Shown: piece after piece, positions 11,063 through 21,271 of the stretch
Position numbering within the stretch: the stretch's first letter is position 1
Layout of the letters: every line of letters starts with the position of its first letter
Assembly: GCA_963663545.1 (NCBI GenBank)
Contig: OY760505.1
Coordinates: 2,496,001-2,560,000 of the forward strand
Direction: 5' to 3'
Length of the DNA: 64,000 nucleotides
Source: Candidatus Delongbacteria bacterium
GTDB lineage: Bacteria > CAIWAD01
The notes under the pieces: generated by a model
Databases searched by the model: none
What the model was told of the DNA's origin: nothing
Seen by the model: the letters and a program-made list of their open reading frames with translations, nothing else
Program-made: the position numbers and the translations under genes

Positions 11063-11973
11063 GCTGGCCCGTACTTATTGTTGGATCGACGGCGCTGGAT
11101 AGTGTGGAAACCCCCGCTGGCAAGGTGAATGACGCCCTTGGAGGTAGTGCCTTCTTTTCGGCTGCCGCTGCCAGTTTTACTGCGCCCGTTCATCTGGTCG
11201 GAGTCGTGGGCGATGATTTCGCCCTTGAGCAGCTTGATTTCCTCAAGCAGCGTGGTGTCGACCTGACGGGGTTACAGGTTGTGCCTGGTGGTAAAACTTT
11301 CCGCTGGGGTGGCCGCTATCACGAGCATTTGAATCACCGTGATACACTGTTCACCGAGCTTGGCGTTTTTGAGTCCTTCGATCCCGTGATACCGGATCAC
11401 GCTGCCGAGGGTCCGCTAGTACTGCTGGCCAATATCCAGCCTTCGCTGCAATTGCGTGTGCTAGACCAGATTCGCAACCCGCGTGCGGTAGTCACCGACA
11501 CCATGAATCTGTGGATCAACATCGACCTTTCGGGCCTCAAGGAAGTCATCAAGCGCACGGACATCCTGATCATCAACGATCAGGAGGCGCAGATGCTCAC
11601 CAATGAGCAGAACTTGTTGCGTGCCGGTCGCAAACTGCAAACCTGGGGACCGCGTACCCTTGTGGTCAAGAAGGGCGAGCACGGTGCGGTGCTGTTGAAT
11701 GGTCAGGACGTGCTGTGCGCAACCGCCTGGCCGCTTGAGAACGTGGTAGATCCCACCGGTGCTGGTGATACATTTGCTGGCGGCTTCATTGGTGCGCTGG
11801 CTGCTGCAGGCGAAATCAGTGATCGCACACTGCGTGCAGCACTGGCTCGCGGCACGGTTTTGGCCTCCTACTGCTGCGAAGATTTCTCTTTGAACCGGCT
11901 GTCCAAGTTGCAGCCGGAAGAAATCGCTTCGCGCCTGGAGCAATTCCGTCAACTCACGGACTTCGCGCTCTAA
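11059..11973 (+). CDS. PfkB family carbohydrate/nucleoside kinase
   Basis: LGGSA, VGVVGDDF, VVKKGEHGA, DPTGAGDTFAGG. Start taken at ATG 11059 (ATGA overlap with rsfS). Confidence 0.92.
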   Translation: MSWPVLIVGSTALDSVETPAGKVNDALGGSAFFSAAAASFTAPVHLVGVVGDDFALEQLDFLKQRGVDLTGLQVVPGGKTFRWGGRYHEHLNHRDTLFTELGVFESFDPVIPDHAAEGPLVLLANIQPSLQLRVLDQIRNPRAVVTDTMNLWINIDLSGLKEVIKRTDILIINDQEAQMLTNEQNLLRAGRKLQTWGPRTLVVKKGEHGAVLLNGQDVLCATAWPLENVVDPTGAGDTFAGGFIGALAAAGEISDRTLRAALARGTVLASYCCEDFSLNRLSKLQPEEIASRLEQFRQLTDFAL

Positions 11974-12992
11974 TGGATCCGTTGCGCTGGCAGGAGGATC
12001 ACTTGTTGATCGTCGATCAGACCGCTCTTCCACGTGAGTTCCGGGAGATCTCCGTGAACCGTGTAGAGCGTCTGGTGCATGCCATTGCGCAGCTTGAAGT
12101 GCGCGGCGCGCCGGCCATTGGTCTGGCGGGCGCTTATGGCGTGGCACTGGCTTGTCGCGAGGCAGAGCCTTGTGACACATCCTTTGCCGAACGTGTTTTT
12201 GAGCTAACAGAGGCCATTGCTAGCGCGAGACCCACGGCGGTAAATCTGCGCTGGGCTGTATCACAAGTGTTGGCGCTGCTTCGTGACACACCTGTTGAAG
12301 AGTGGCATGCACGCGCGCTTGCCGGGGCGGAGCGAATCCATCGCGAAGACCGTGCAGCTTGTGAGGCCATGTCGGCCTTTGGTGCTGAGCTGATCCGAGA
12401 TGGCGGTCGCTATGTGACACACTGTAATGCAGGACCTCTTGCGACTAGCGGGCATGGAACCGCGCTTGGTGTTTTTATTAGCGCTCACCGCCAGGGACGC
12501 CGTTTTGAAGTAATAGTGGATGAGACTCGTCCGCTGCTGCAAGGCGCGCGTCTGACGGCCTGGGAGCTGATGGAAGCAGGCATTCCCTGTCGCCTGATTA
12601 CAGATTCGATGGCCGCTGCAGCCATGTCCAGATTGGGCGTGGACGCGGTCTTTTTTGGAGCAGACCGTATTGCGCGTAATGGTGATACGGCCAATAAAAT
12701 CGGCAGTTACGGCTTGGCTGTTTCCGCCGCCTATCACCAGATTCCTGTGTACGCAGTGGCGCCCCTGTCCACGGTGGATGTACATTGCAGTAACGGCGAA
12801 GCCATTCCAGTTGAGGAGCGCGCCGCCGCTGAAGTGAGGGGCTACAAGGAGGTGTGCTGGGCACCAAAGGACGTCAAGGTGTGGAATCCGGCTTTCGACG
12901 TTGTGCCCGCCAGCCTGCTGACCGGGATCATTACAGAGTTGGGTCTGACAGAGCCTCACGCTCTGCAGGACCAGATAAACGGGAGACATTGA
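11973..12992 (+). CDS. mtnA: S-methyl-5-thioribose-1-phosphate isomerase
   Basis: VRGAPAIG, RPTAVNL, THCNAG.LAT, ETRPLLQGARLTAWEL, GADRIA.NGDTANKIG. Confidence 0.97.
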   Translation: MDPLRWQEDHLLIVDQTALPREFREISVNRVERLVHAIAQLEVRGAPAIGLAGAYGVALACREAEPCDTSFAERVFELTEAIASARPTAVNLRWAVSQVLALLRDTPVEEWHARALAGAERIHREDRAACEAMSAFGAELIRDGGRYVTHCNAGPLATSGHGTALGVFISAHRQGRRFEVIVDETRPLLQGARLTAWELMEAGIPCRLITDSMAAAAMSRLGVDAVFFGADRIARNGDTANKIGSYGLAVSAAYHQIPVYAVAPLSTVDVHCSNGEAIPVEERAAAEVRGYKEVCWAPKDVKVWNPAFDVVPASLLTGIITELGLTEPHALQDQINGRH

Positions 12993-12993
12993 G

Positions 12994-14166
12994 ATGAAGT
13001 GCAGAACCGCCTTTGGTATTACTGTGCTGACGCTGTGCGTCACGGTTGCGGCATTTGCCAAATCCGTGGAATTGACCTCGGCCAAGGTCTACTTCAACCA
13101 GGGCGACAAGTTTCAGGCGCTAACGTGGCTGGAAAATGCAGACAGCAAGAACACGGGCGAAGCCGAAGTCTACACAATGATGGTAGAGATCTACGGCGAC
13201 CTGGGACGCTATGATGAGATGAACGCTGCCTTTGCCAAGATCGATGGCTGCAAAGATAAAGCGAGCAAACTGAAGAAGTTCAGAGAGCGCGCTGACAATT
13301 ACATCAAGGGCCTTTGGGTCCCCAAGGCCAACAGTTCCATCGCCATCATCGACGGTGTGGACGAGCTGCTTGCAGCAGGTGATACCGCCGCTGTGACGAA
13401 TGCCTTCGCTGAAGCTCGCAAGGGCTTTGAACACGCACTACGCATTGTTCCTTACAGTGCAGATTTGCAGCAGTATCTGGGGAACACCTTTGTCGAAGAG
13501 TACAACATGCTCTATGGCAACACCGAACCCGGCTACGAGGTGTTGCGAGGCAGTGTGCCCCATTTCAACGGCCTGGTTGAGCAGTATCCCGATTCGATGC
13601 AGTATGTCGAGACACTGGTCCAGATTCTGTTTACCCTGAAGGACTACGAGCGCGTATACACGCTGACCAGCGGGCTGCTGGAGACCCATCCTGAAGAATC
13701 CTTTCTGCTGACCTACGCTGGAAAGGCGCGCATCAAGCAGTCGCTCGCCATCAAAGACGAACAGCCTGAGCAGTCTGCTGAGTACAAGAAAGAGGCCGTT
13801 GAGCTGATGAAGCGTAGCCGGGCACTGGATCCCGAGGATCCGATGCTGGCCTACAATGTGGCGCTTCTGTACCAAGAGCTGGGCCGGTATTCTGATGCAC
13901 TCGCTGCCTATGCAAGCACAGCGGAGCTCGCTGGTGAGAACAACGAGCTCAAGGTGGAAGCCTACCGCATGATGGGCTACATCTGTCTTGAGAAGATGGA
14001 TCCTAGCGATCCGGCCCGTGCGGTCACCTATTTCGATGAGGCGCTGTTGCTGGCTCCGACGAACAACGAGATCAAGAACAATCTTGGTGTTGCGCTGATT
14101 CGTTCCGGTGGCGCCGATAACATCGCGCGGGGTTCGCAGCTGATCAACGAGGCTACCGGTCAGTGA
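12994..14166 (+). CDS. Exported tetratricopeptide-repeat protein
   Basis: Signal peptide; TPR-like helices (ALDPEDPMLAYNVA, LAPTNNEIKNNLG). Confidence 0.8.
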   Translation: MKCRTAFGITVLTLCVTVAAFAKSVELTSAKVYFNQGDKFQALTWLENADSKNTGEAEVYTMMVEIYGDLGRYDEMNAAFAKIDGCKDKASKLKKFRERADNYIKGLWVPKANSSIAIIDGVDELLAAGDTAAVTNAFAEARKGFEHALRIVPYSADLQQYLGNTFVEEYNMLYGNTEPGYEVLRGSVPHFNGLVEQYPDSMQYVETLVQILFTLKDYERVYTLTSGLLETHPEESFLLTYAGKARIKQSLAIKDEQPEQSAEYKKEAVELMKRSRALDPEDPMLAYNVALLYQELGRYSDALAAYASTAELAGENNELKVEAYRMMGYICLEKMDPSDPARAVTYFDEALLLAPTNNEIKNNLGVALIRSGGADNIARGSQLINEATGQ

Positions 14167-14876
14167 AAGCCGGAGACGCACGCCTGCCCCGTCATGTGGC
14201 CATTATCATGGATGGCAACGGACGCTGGGCCAAGCAACGTGGCTTGCCGCGAGTGGCAGGGCACCACGAAGGCGTGCACTCTGTGCGTGAAATTGTAGAA
14301 GTGGCGGGTGAGCTCGGGCTGTCCGAGCTCACCCTTTATACTTTCAGCAGCGAGAACTGGCGCCGTCCAGCTCTCGAGGTTAACGCCTTGATGCAGCTGT
14401 TGCTAACTACCATCGGTAGGGAAGTGGATCGTCTGGATCGCAATCAGGTACGTCTGGACTTGATCGGTGATTTGAAGGCCCTTCCCGATGCGCCCCGCAA
14501 GGCATTGGTCAAAGCAATGGAGCAGACGGCGGACAACACAGGGCTGCGGTTGACGCTGGCCCTCAATTACGGTGGACGCCAGGAAATTCTGCAAGCGGTC
14601 AATCGACTGCTGCACGAAGGTGTATCACAAATCGACGAAGATGGCTTTGGCCGCTACCTTTACACCGCTGGCCGTCCGGATCCGGATCTATTGATTCGCA
14701 CCGGCGGCGAAATGCGCGTTTCCAATTTCCTCCTCTGGCAAATCGCCTACACCGAACTTTACGTCAGTGAAGCCCTTTGGCCCGATTTCCGGCGCGAGCA
14801 CCTTCTCACGGCTCTAGAGTCCTACGCCAACCGCGAGCGTCGCTTCGGACAGACATCCGAGCAAGTATCACGATGA
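14163..14876 (+). CDS. uppS: Undecaprenyl diphosphate synthase
   Basis: PRHVAIIMDGNGRWA, FSSENWRRP, ALNYGGR, DLLIRTGGE.RVSNFLLWQ.AY. Confidence 0.98.
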   Translation: MKAGDARLPRHVAIIMDGNGRWAKQRGLPRVAGHHEGVHSVREIVEVAGELGLSELTLYTFSSENWRRPALEVNALMQLLLTTIGREVDRLDRNQVRLDLIGDLKALPDAPRKALVKAMEQTADNTGLRLTLALNYGGRQEILQAVNRLLHEGVSQIDEDGFGRYLYTAGRPDPDLLIRTGGEMRVSNFLLWQIAYTELYVSEALWPDFRREHLLTALESYANRERRFGQTSEQVSR

Positions 14877-17800
14877 GACCCAGGCGCTGGGTGATAGCGC
14901 TGCTGCTTTCCCTAGGCCTGCTAGCCGCGGGATCGCTGCTGCTCTGGCACACGCTGCACGTCGAACAACGTCTGCGTGATACGCTTGTTCAGGCACTGCA
15001 AACCGCGGGGATGAGCGGTGTTGAGCTGGGACGAGTCCGGCCCTTTGTCATTGGACTTGAGCTGCGGGATCTGGAACTCACGCTGCCCGGCGAAAACCTA
15101 CGTCTGCACATCGACCGGGTGCGGCTGCGCGCTTCCCTGATTCACTGGTTGCGCAACGAACGCGAACCCATCAGTGCCATCAGGCGTGTCGAACTACACG
15201 GACCCAGCCTGCAGCTGGCCTTGGGTGATACAAAGACAATCGGAACCGGCAACCTTGGAAAGAGCTTCAGCCCAGAAGAAGGGCTGAGCGAGGCGGAAGC
15301 GGGCCGGTTGGAGCAGTTACTGGCGCTACTGCCAGAAGTCTACTTGCGCAACGGACGCATCGAGCTGGCCGGACCCTTTGTCGGTGATACATCACGGCTG
15401 GTGCTGGATGAGCTGGATGGCTCCCTGGCGATGCGAGAGGGGCAGCTCTACATGCTCCTGCAGAGTCGTCTCTTGGATGGGCACCGTCGCGGGTTGCACG
15501 CGTCGATGGTGCTCAAGCAGGCATCGCTAAGCGGTGAGTTCAATCTGCAGATTGATACGCTCAGTCTGAGTGCTGCGAGCCTGAGTGCAGTGCCCGAGGG
15601 GGTTCGCGGAGAGCTCTGTTGCGGAATGGACATTGGCGGGCGTATCACACGTGGCGCACTGGATAGCCTTCGTGGCGATGGCTGGATGGCCGTGGATAGT
15701 CTGCAGCTCAAGCCGGAGTTTGTGCTTTCGTATCACAGCCCTCTAGCGTTGGACCTGAACGGTGTGCATGTCGACGACGGTCGCCTTCGGTGGGGCGAGC
15801 AGGAGATTCACCTGCAAGCGGACACGGATCTATTGCTGCGAGAGTTCAACCTGTGCGCCGAGAGCCAGGACCTTCCGCTGCGGACGGTGCTCCAACAGGC
15901 GGGTCGGCCCGAAGACCTGGACGGCCGCATCAGCCTGAGTGCCGAGCTCGAGCGTGATACAACAGGCATGCATTCCACGCTGAAAATGTCCGTTGCCGAT
16001 CTCAGTGTGCAGGGGCGGGCCGCTGGTGCCCTGCAACTGCGTGCTCATTTGCAGCAAGAAGAGCTGGTATGTGACACACTGCTGTGGGTGAATAGACATC
16101 AGCAAGGAGAGATCCCCGCCGGGCGTCTGCTTGCCAACGGGCAGTTTCAGTTGCCTTGGGGCGCTCACGGCACCGTTGTGAAAGACCGCATGCGTTTGCA
16201 GGCAGAGATTGCTTTACCTCATGGGGAATCAGGGGGGGAATCCAGTCTGCATTTCGCGGGCAGTATCATGAGTCCGTTGCCCGTGCTCGCTACTCTTAGG
16301 CGTGAAGGAGTACTGGATTCCCTGCAGGCCCAGATCACCGTGGACCTTCTGCGCAATGCAAGCACGGTGCTAAGTCTGCATGCCAACGGAAGCCGTTCGC
16401 AAGGCAGTTTTGATCTGTTCGATCCATCCGGAGGGAAACGTGGTAGCGGCAATCTGCAGCGACAGGATTCACAATGGGCATGGTCCCTTGATGTGGACAG
16501 TCTGCAGCAGTTCAGTTCGCTGGCTGTACTACAAGATCTTCCTTTGTTGGCGGAGCGCAGTTTCAAGCTGCACGCCGATGGCCTTGACCTGGAAGCTGAG
16601 GGCGCACTTGGCATCATTGGTGGGCAGCGAGATCTACGCCTGCAGTTGCATCACACGCGAGTGGAGAAGCAGAGTCACTTCCTTGCCACACTGGTGCAAC
16701 GGGAGCGCCTGCTGGACCGTCGGCTGGGAGAGGTGGAATTCACTGTAGACGGTGAGCGTTTGCAGTGTGAGCGTGTTACACTGCTTGAGCAGTTGAATGG
16801 ATCTGGATGGGTAGATCTGCTGAATTCCTCTTATTTGCTTGACATCGAATGCAACGATCTCGATCTGGATAATGTGATGCGAGCGCTGGCTCCCGCTCAG
16901 TTGCCTGGGTATTCGCTGGGACATCTCAGCCTGCTGCTTGCCGGCGAGGGCGATCTCGCGCATCCGGGTTTGCGTGGTGGTCTTGAATACCGAAACCGCC
17001 TGGGTGAAGCGCCATTTGTGTTACGCGGCGACATCATTGTGGCCGACACCTTGCTTGAAGTAAGTCGCGGCGGGTTGAGTTTGGTTGGTCACGACCTGGC
17101 CGAGTTGGAGCTGAAACACAATCCTGTGGAGAATCGCGGCGAACTGAAGGGCTCCCTTACGCGAATTCGCCTTGAAGAGTTGTACAGCGCCATTACCACC
17201 GGACGTCTGGACTCCCTGGGAGCCTCAGAGTCGCGGGAGAAGGGCGTGCTTGCGTTCTTGAACTGGCTTCCCTTCCTGGGGCGCGACGAAGAGGGTGATA
17301 TAGACAGGTCTTCAAACAGTCCGCTACGCGGGAACACGCAAGGGGAGTTGGCGATGGCCTGGAGCAAGGAGCGGGGCCTCGAACTCTCACTGCAAGCGGC
17401 CGCCGACAGCCTGGTGCTGGCGGGGCGTCGTTTTTCCAGAGCCAATATCAGCTTGATGCGTGATACAAACACAGCTGATGGTGTCCTTCGTCTCGATTCC
17501 CTTGTTGTAGCACGATCGCAACCGGAGTTTGCTCTACATCTTGCCGGTGAGCTTCCCTACACCGATCAGGGGGAGCTGGATCTGGTACTGGAAATGCAAG
17601 GTGACCTGTTGGAACCCCTGACGGTCACTTCGGAGGGAGGGCGCAGTTCCTTCTGGCGCAAAGCTTCCGGACCGGGCGGTGTGCACGTAGAGGTGGGTGG
17701 AAGCTACACAGAGCCCCAGTTACGAAGCGGACGCGTATGGATTCACGAAGGCTATGCAGAGATGAAGTACATCTTCCGTAGCCTGGATCACGTGAACATT

Positions 17801-19213
17801 GAAATGGAAGTCGCCAACAATCAGTTGACGATCCAGAAGTTTGACGCCCAGGTTCCAGGCGGCTACGCGCGTATTCGCAATCTGCCCGGCACGGTTGTGG
17901 ACGGCGTGGAACTGGAGCCTTGGGTGATTCCGGGCATTGAATTGGATTTGGGCGTGCTGACCTGGGAGACGCTGGATCGCCGAGGGCATCCTGGAAGTGT
18001 GGAGTTGGTGCTTCCCGGCTTCATGGAAGACGACTGGGATGCCAAGGTGCTGCTGCGAGGCCTGCGGCCTGGCGAGCTGACCTATGTTGCCGGTCCAATG
18101 GAAGAGCCACGCTTGATTGGGCGCCTGGAGGTTCACTCGGGCGAGTTTACCTATCCGCCGATCAAATCCGGGGGACCTCCGGATGCGATTACCACCTGGA
18201 TTCTGGCGGCATTGGAGGCGGCTCAGTGGGATGTGGAACTGGTGGTCGGCCGCAATCTGAATTACACCTACACGCACCAGGGCTTCGAGACTTTGCCCGT
18301 GTTCAACCGGCTGAAAACGGTGTTGGACCGCGTCGCTGTGGATCTTTCCATCGATCCGTCCAACGATCCCGTTCACATTCGCGGTCGTATGCTCGATGGG
18401 GACTTCCATTTGCTCGGGCGCATGACCTCGACCGAGGGAACCATTAATGCCATCGGCCGCCAGTTTCGCATCGAACAGGCTGGCATGGAGTTCGATGCTT
18501 CCAGCATGCTTCCCGTTGTCTGGGGCCGTGCCGCGTATTACGGCGTTGAGGACACCGAGGAGTCCATCTTCCAGCAGGGCACTCAGAGCTATGACGCGGG
18601 TCAAATGTTTCTTGAGTTGGCCGGGCGCGATGAGATGGGATCGCGTGTCACACGTGTGCGCTGGGACGAGGCCGTGTTGGAGCTTGTGGATTCCGAGGGC
18701 AACACGGCCAATGACAACCTGGAGAATGAACAGGATCTGCTAAGCGAATTTGGCTACGGCGCCGACCAGTTCAGTGCTGAGGAGATGATTCCCGGCATGG
18801 TAGCGGGCTTCATCGATCTGCCTCTGGGCAACGTCGAATCACGCCTGCGTCGCGAGCTGGGCTTGGATCTGGTCAAGATCTACGTACCGCTGGTGCGCAA
18901 TGCGGTGGAAGGCTTGTTTGTCGATACGCGCCAGAGTCTGCTCTCGCAGTCCTACCTGAGCTACCTGCAGGGCTCCCGTCTGGTGTTGGGCAAGTCAATT
19001 GGCCCGCGCTATTTCGCCACGTGGACCGGCCAGCTGACCACCGCGCCTTCCGTGGAGAGTGACGAGGTCAACCTGTACCAGCGCTTCAGTCTGGAATACA
19101 ATGTGAACTACAACCTCACGCTGACGGGCGAGCTGGTGTTTGATCCCTGGCGCCATGGCGGTGTGTACACTGGCGATCCACGAATGCTGCTGCGTTACCG
19201 TTTGTATTACTGA
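14873..19213 (+). CDS. Large AsmA/TamB-like envelope-spanning protein
   Basis: N-terminal TM anchor, about 1450 aa of beta-rich sequence, TamB-like C-terminal region. ATG 14873 overlaps the uppS stop. Confidence 0.6.
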   Translation: MRPRRWVIALLLSLGLLAAGSLLLWHTLHVEQRLRDTLVQALQTAGMSGVELGRVRPFVIGLELRDLELTLPGENLRLHIDRVRLRASLIHWLRNEREPISAIRRVELHGPSLQLALGDTKTIGTGNLGKSFSPEEGLSEAEAGRLEQLLALLPEVYLRNGRIELAGPFVGDTSRLVLDELDGSLAMREGQLYMLLQSRLLDGHRRGLHASMVLKQASLSGEFNLQIDTLSLSAASLSAVPEGVRGELCCGMDIGGRITRGALDSLRGDGWMAVDSLQLKPEFVLSYHSPLALDLNGVHVDDGRLRWGEQEIHLQADTDLLLREFNLCAESQDLPLRTVLQQAGRPEDLDGRISLSAELERDTTGMHSTLKMSVADLSVQGRAAGALQLRAHLQQEELVCDTLLWVNRHQQGEIPAGRLLANGQFQLPWGAHGTVVKDRMRLQAEIALPHGESGGESSLHFAGSIMSPLPVLATLRREGVLDSLQAQITVDLLRNASTVLSLHANGSRSQGSFDLFDPSGGKRGSGNLQRQDSQWAWSLDVDSLQQFSSLAVLQDLPLLAERSFKLHADGLDLEAEGALGIIGGQRDLRLQLHHTRVEKQSHFLATLVQRERLLDRRLGEVEFTVDGERLQCERVTLLEQLNGSGWVDLLNSSYLLDIECNDLDLDNVMRALAPAQLPGYSLGHLSLLLAGEGDLAHPGLRGGLEYRNRLGEAPFVLRGDIIVADTLLEVSRGGLSLVGHDLAELELKHNPVENRGELKGSLTRIRLEELYSAITTGRLDSLGASESREKGVLAFLNWLPFLGRDEEGDIDRSSNSPLRGNTQGELAMAWSKERGLELSLQAAADSLVLAGRRFSRANISLMRDTNTADGVLRLDSLVVARSQPEFALHLAGELPYTDQGELDLVLEMQGDLLEPLTVTSEGGRSSFWRKASGPGGVHVEVGGSYTEPQLRSGRVWIHEGYAEMKYIFRSLDHVNIEMEVANNQLTIQKFDAQVPGGYARIRNLPGTVVDGVELEPWVIPGIELDLGVLTWETLDRRGHPGSVELVLPGFMEDDWDAKVLLRGLRPGELTYVAGPMEEPRLIGRLEVHSGEFTYPPIKSGGPPDAITTWILAALEAAQWDVELVVGRNLNYTYTHQGFETLPVFNRLKTVLDRVAVDLSIDPSNDPVHIRGRMLDGDFHLLGRMTSTEGTINAIGRQFRIEQAGMEFDASSMLPVVWGRAAYYGVEDTEESIFQQGTQSYDAGQMFLELAGRDEMGSRVTRVRWDEAVLELVDSEGNTANDNLENEQDLLSEFGYGADQFSAEEMIPGMVAGFIDLPLGNVESRLRRELGLDLVKIYVPLVRNAVEGLFVDTRQSLLSQSYLSYLQGSRLVLGKSIGPRYFATWTGQLTTAPSVESDEVNLYQRFSLEYNVNYNLTLTGELVFDPWRHGGVYTGDPRMLLRYRLYY

Positions 19214-19242
19214 TTCGGTGATACAATCGGACGGCAAACAAA

Positions 19243-19264
19243 AACCCCCGCCGAAGCGGGGGTT
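19243..19264 (-). terminator. Intrinsic terminator between convergent genes
   Basis: AACCCCCGC-cgaa-GCGGGGGTT with an A-tract on the left (U-tract on the minus strand). Confidence 0.8.
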
Positions 19265-19285
19265 GCTCGTTTCTGTGACACAGGA

Positions 19286-20974
19286 TCAGCTGCTGCGCAT
19301 CTCCTCGAGGAACTCCACCATGGCCTGCTGCATCTGCGTCGCTTGCGCACTCAACTCGGCGGCGCTTCTGTTGATGCTGCTTGCCAACTCGCCGGTGCTG
19401 GCGGCCGCCGAACTCACACCCGAGATGTTCTGTGTTACATCACTGGTGCCGGTTGCCGCCTGCTGAATGTTCTGGGCAATCTCATTGGTGGTCGCCGACT
19501 GCTCTTCAACAGCAGAGGCAATGCTGTTGGAGGCTTCCGCCAGCTGCTCAATGGTTTGGCTGATGGCCGAAATGCCTTCGGTGGCTGTGGTTGTCGCCGA
19601 CTGGACTTCATTGATCTGTCGCGCGATGTTCTCGGTGGCCTCTGCGGTTTGGTTGGCCAAGGTCTTCACTTCGGCGGCCACAACGGCAAAGCCCTTGCCC
19701 GACTCACCTGCGCGCGCAGCCTCGATGGTTGCATTCAGTGCCAGCAGATTGGTCTGCTCAGCAATGGAGGTGATCATCTCAAGGATCTCGCCAATCTGAC
19801 GTGCCGTCAAATTGAGCTGATTCATCTCACCGGTAACAGCGGTTGCACGACGAACTGCTTCTGCCGCCACTTCCACCGTGTTGGCGACCTGCTGGCTGAT
19901 TTCGTTGACCGTAGTGGCCAGCTCTTCCGTAGCACCGGCTACCGTGGTCACATTGGTCGAGGCTTCTTCGGCAGCGGCGGCCACGTTGGCAGCGCGATCA
20001 TTGGTGCTGTTGGCGTTGTCCATCATGGCGTCTGCGGCGTGAGCCAGCTGAATTGAAGCGGCAGCAATGGCTTCTACCATCGACTGCATGCGCTCCTCAA
20101 AACTGTTGGCCATGGCGTTGAGGGCCGCCTTGCGCTCCGCACGTGCGCTTTGCTCCATCTCTTCCTGCTCGGCCTTTAGCTGCTGGTTTTCCAATGCGTT
20201 GTTGCGGAAGACCTCCAGCGAGCGCGCCAGCGCACCAATCTCATTCTGGCGATCTGTGTGCCGGACGGTAATGGTCAGGTCGCCGTCGGCAAGCGCGGTC
20301 ATCGAGTCCGTCAGAGTGCTGAGGGGAGCATCAATTCCTTTGATGATGCGTCCGGAGAAGACGATGGCGATGACGATCACCACGGTCAGTCCGATGAGAG
20401 AGTAGAGCAGACTGCTCCAGAATGCGTGTGACACATCATTCATATACAGGCCGGAGCAGATGACCCAACCCCACTCAGGCAGCAGCTTGCCGCAGCCGGT
20501 TTTGGGCAGCAGCTTCTCCGTAACTGGATGCGGCCAATGATAGGTGACGAAGCCGAAGCCGTCGCGTGCGACGGTGGCCGCCAGCTCGTCGAAGAACATC
20601 TTGCCTTTTTTATCCTTGTAGCCCACCATGCTTTGGCCCTCGAGCTGTGGCTTGATGGGGTGAATAATCATGTGGTTGTCCAGGCTCGTGACATAGAGGT
20701 AATTGCCCTCGCCGTAGCGAATGGCAACAATGGCCTCCTTGGCCGCAGCTTGTGCTTCGACACGCGTCATCTTACCTGCGGCTTCCTCCTTGGCGTAGTG
20801 CTCAGCAATGGTCCAGGCGGACTCCATGATGTGCGTCATCTCGTCCTTGAAGGCGGCTTCTGTATCCACACGTACTTCAACGGCGTCAATCAATGCCAGC
20901 AGCACAGTGGCCAACGCGAACACCACTACTACCAGACGGATCTGCCATCGGATAGGACGATGGGCAATCTTCAT
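19286..20974 (-). CDS. Methyl-accepting chemotaxis protein 1 (single Cache sensor)
   Basis: TM-sCache ([19 protein letters not shown])-TM-HAMP, then [30 protein letters not shown]. Confidence 0.96.
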   Translation of the reverse strand: MKIAHRPIRWQIRLVVVVFALATVLLALIDAVEVRVDTEAAFKDEMTHIMESAWTIAEHYAKEEAAGKMTRVEAQAAAKEAIVAIRYGEGNYLYVTSLDNHMIIHPIKPQLEGQSMVGYKDKKGKMFFDELAATVARDGFGFVTYHWPHPVTEKLLPKTGCGKLLPEWGWVICSGLYMNDVSHAFWSSLLYSLIGLTVVIVIAIVFSGRIIKGIDAPLSTLTDSMTALADGDLTITVRHTDRQNEIGALARSLEVFRNNALENQQLKAEQEEMEQSARAERKAALNAMANSFEERMQSMVEAIAAASIQLAHAADAMMDNANSTNDRAANVAAAAEEASTNVTTVAGATEELATTVNEISQQVANTVEVAAEAVRRATAVTGEMNQLNLTARQIGEILEMITSIAEQTNLLALNATIEAARAGESGKGFAVVAAEVKTLANQTAEATENIARQINEVQSATTTATEGISAISQTIEQLAEASNSIASAVEEQSATTNEIAQNIQQAATGTSDVTQNISGVSSAAASTGELASSINRSAAELSAQATQMQQAMVEFLEEMRSS

Positions 20975-21050
20975 GTCATTCTCCAGTGCAGTTCTTTGAT
21001 GCAGGGCCCACTTGGAGCGCGGAGGTCGCGCCAGTTCCGTAACCCAGTTT

Positions 21051-21078
21051 CTATCGACATCAGAGTTGCTACTATTCA
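21051..21078 (-). promoter_or_regulatory. Sigma28 (FliA/SigD)-like promoter TGAA-N16-GTCGATAG
   Basis: One of five matches with identical spacing, one upstream of each MCP. Confidence 0.7.
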
Positions 21079-21225
21079 GAGCAGGAGTGTTAAATGTTAA
21101 ACACTGTTATGGGGGGTGGGCAAACCAAAGCGGAGAAGGGGAAGAGTTAGCGTTTATTCAGCTTGCGCCACTTGAGTGGGAGTAAGCGGAGCAACAGGCG
21201 CATCCGAGAATACCTGTATAGAGAA

Positions 21226-21245
21226 AGCCCCTGCGAGCAGGGGCT
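21226..21245 (-). terminator. Intrinsic terminator of MCP2
   Basis: AGCCCCTGC/GCAGGGGCT inverted repeat with an A-rich left flank. Confidence 0.7.
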
Positions 21246-21271
21246 GGTTGCTTAGGGATGTCGGCCGTGGT

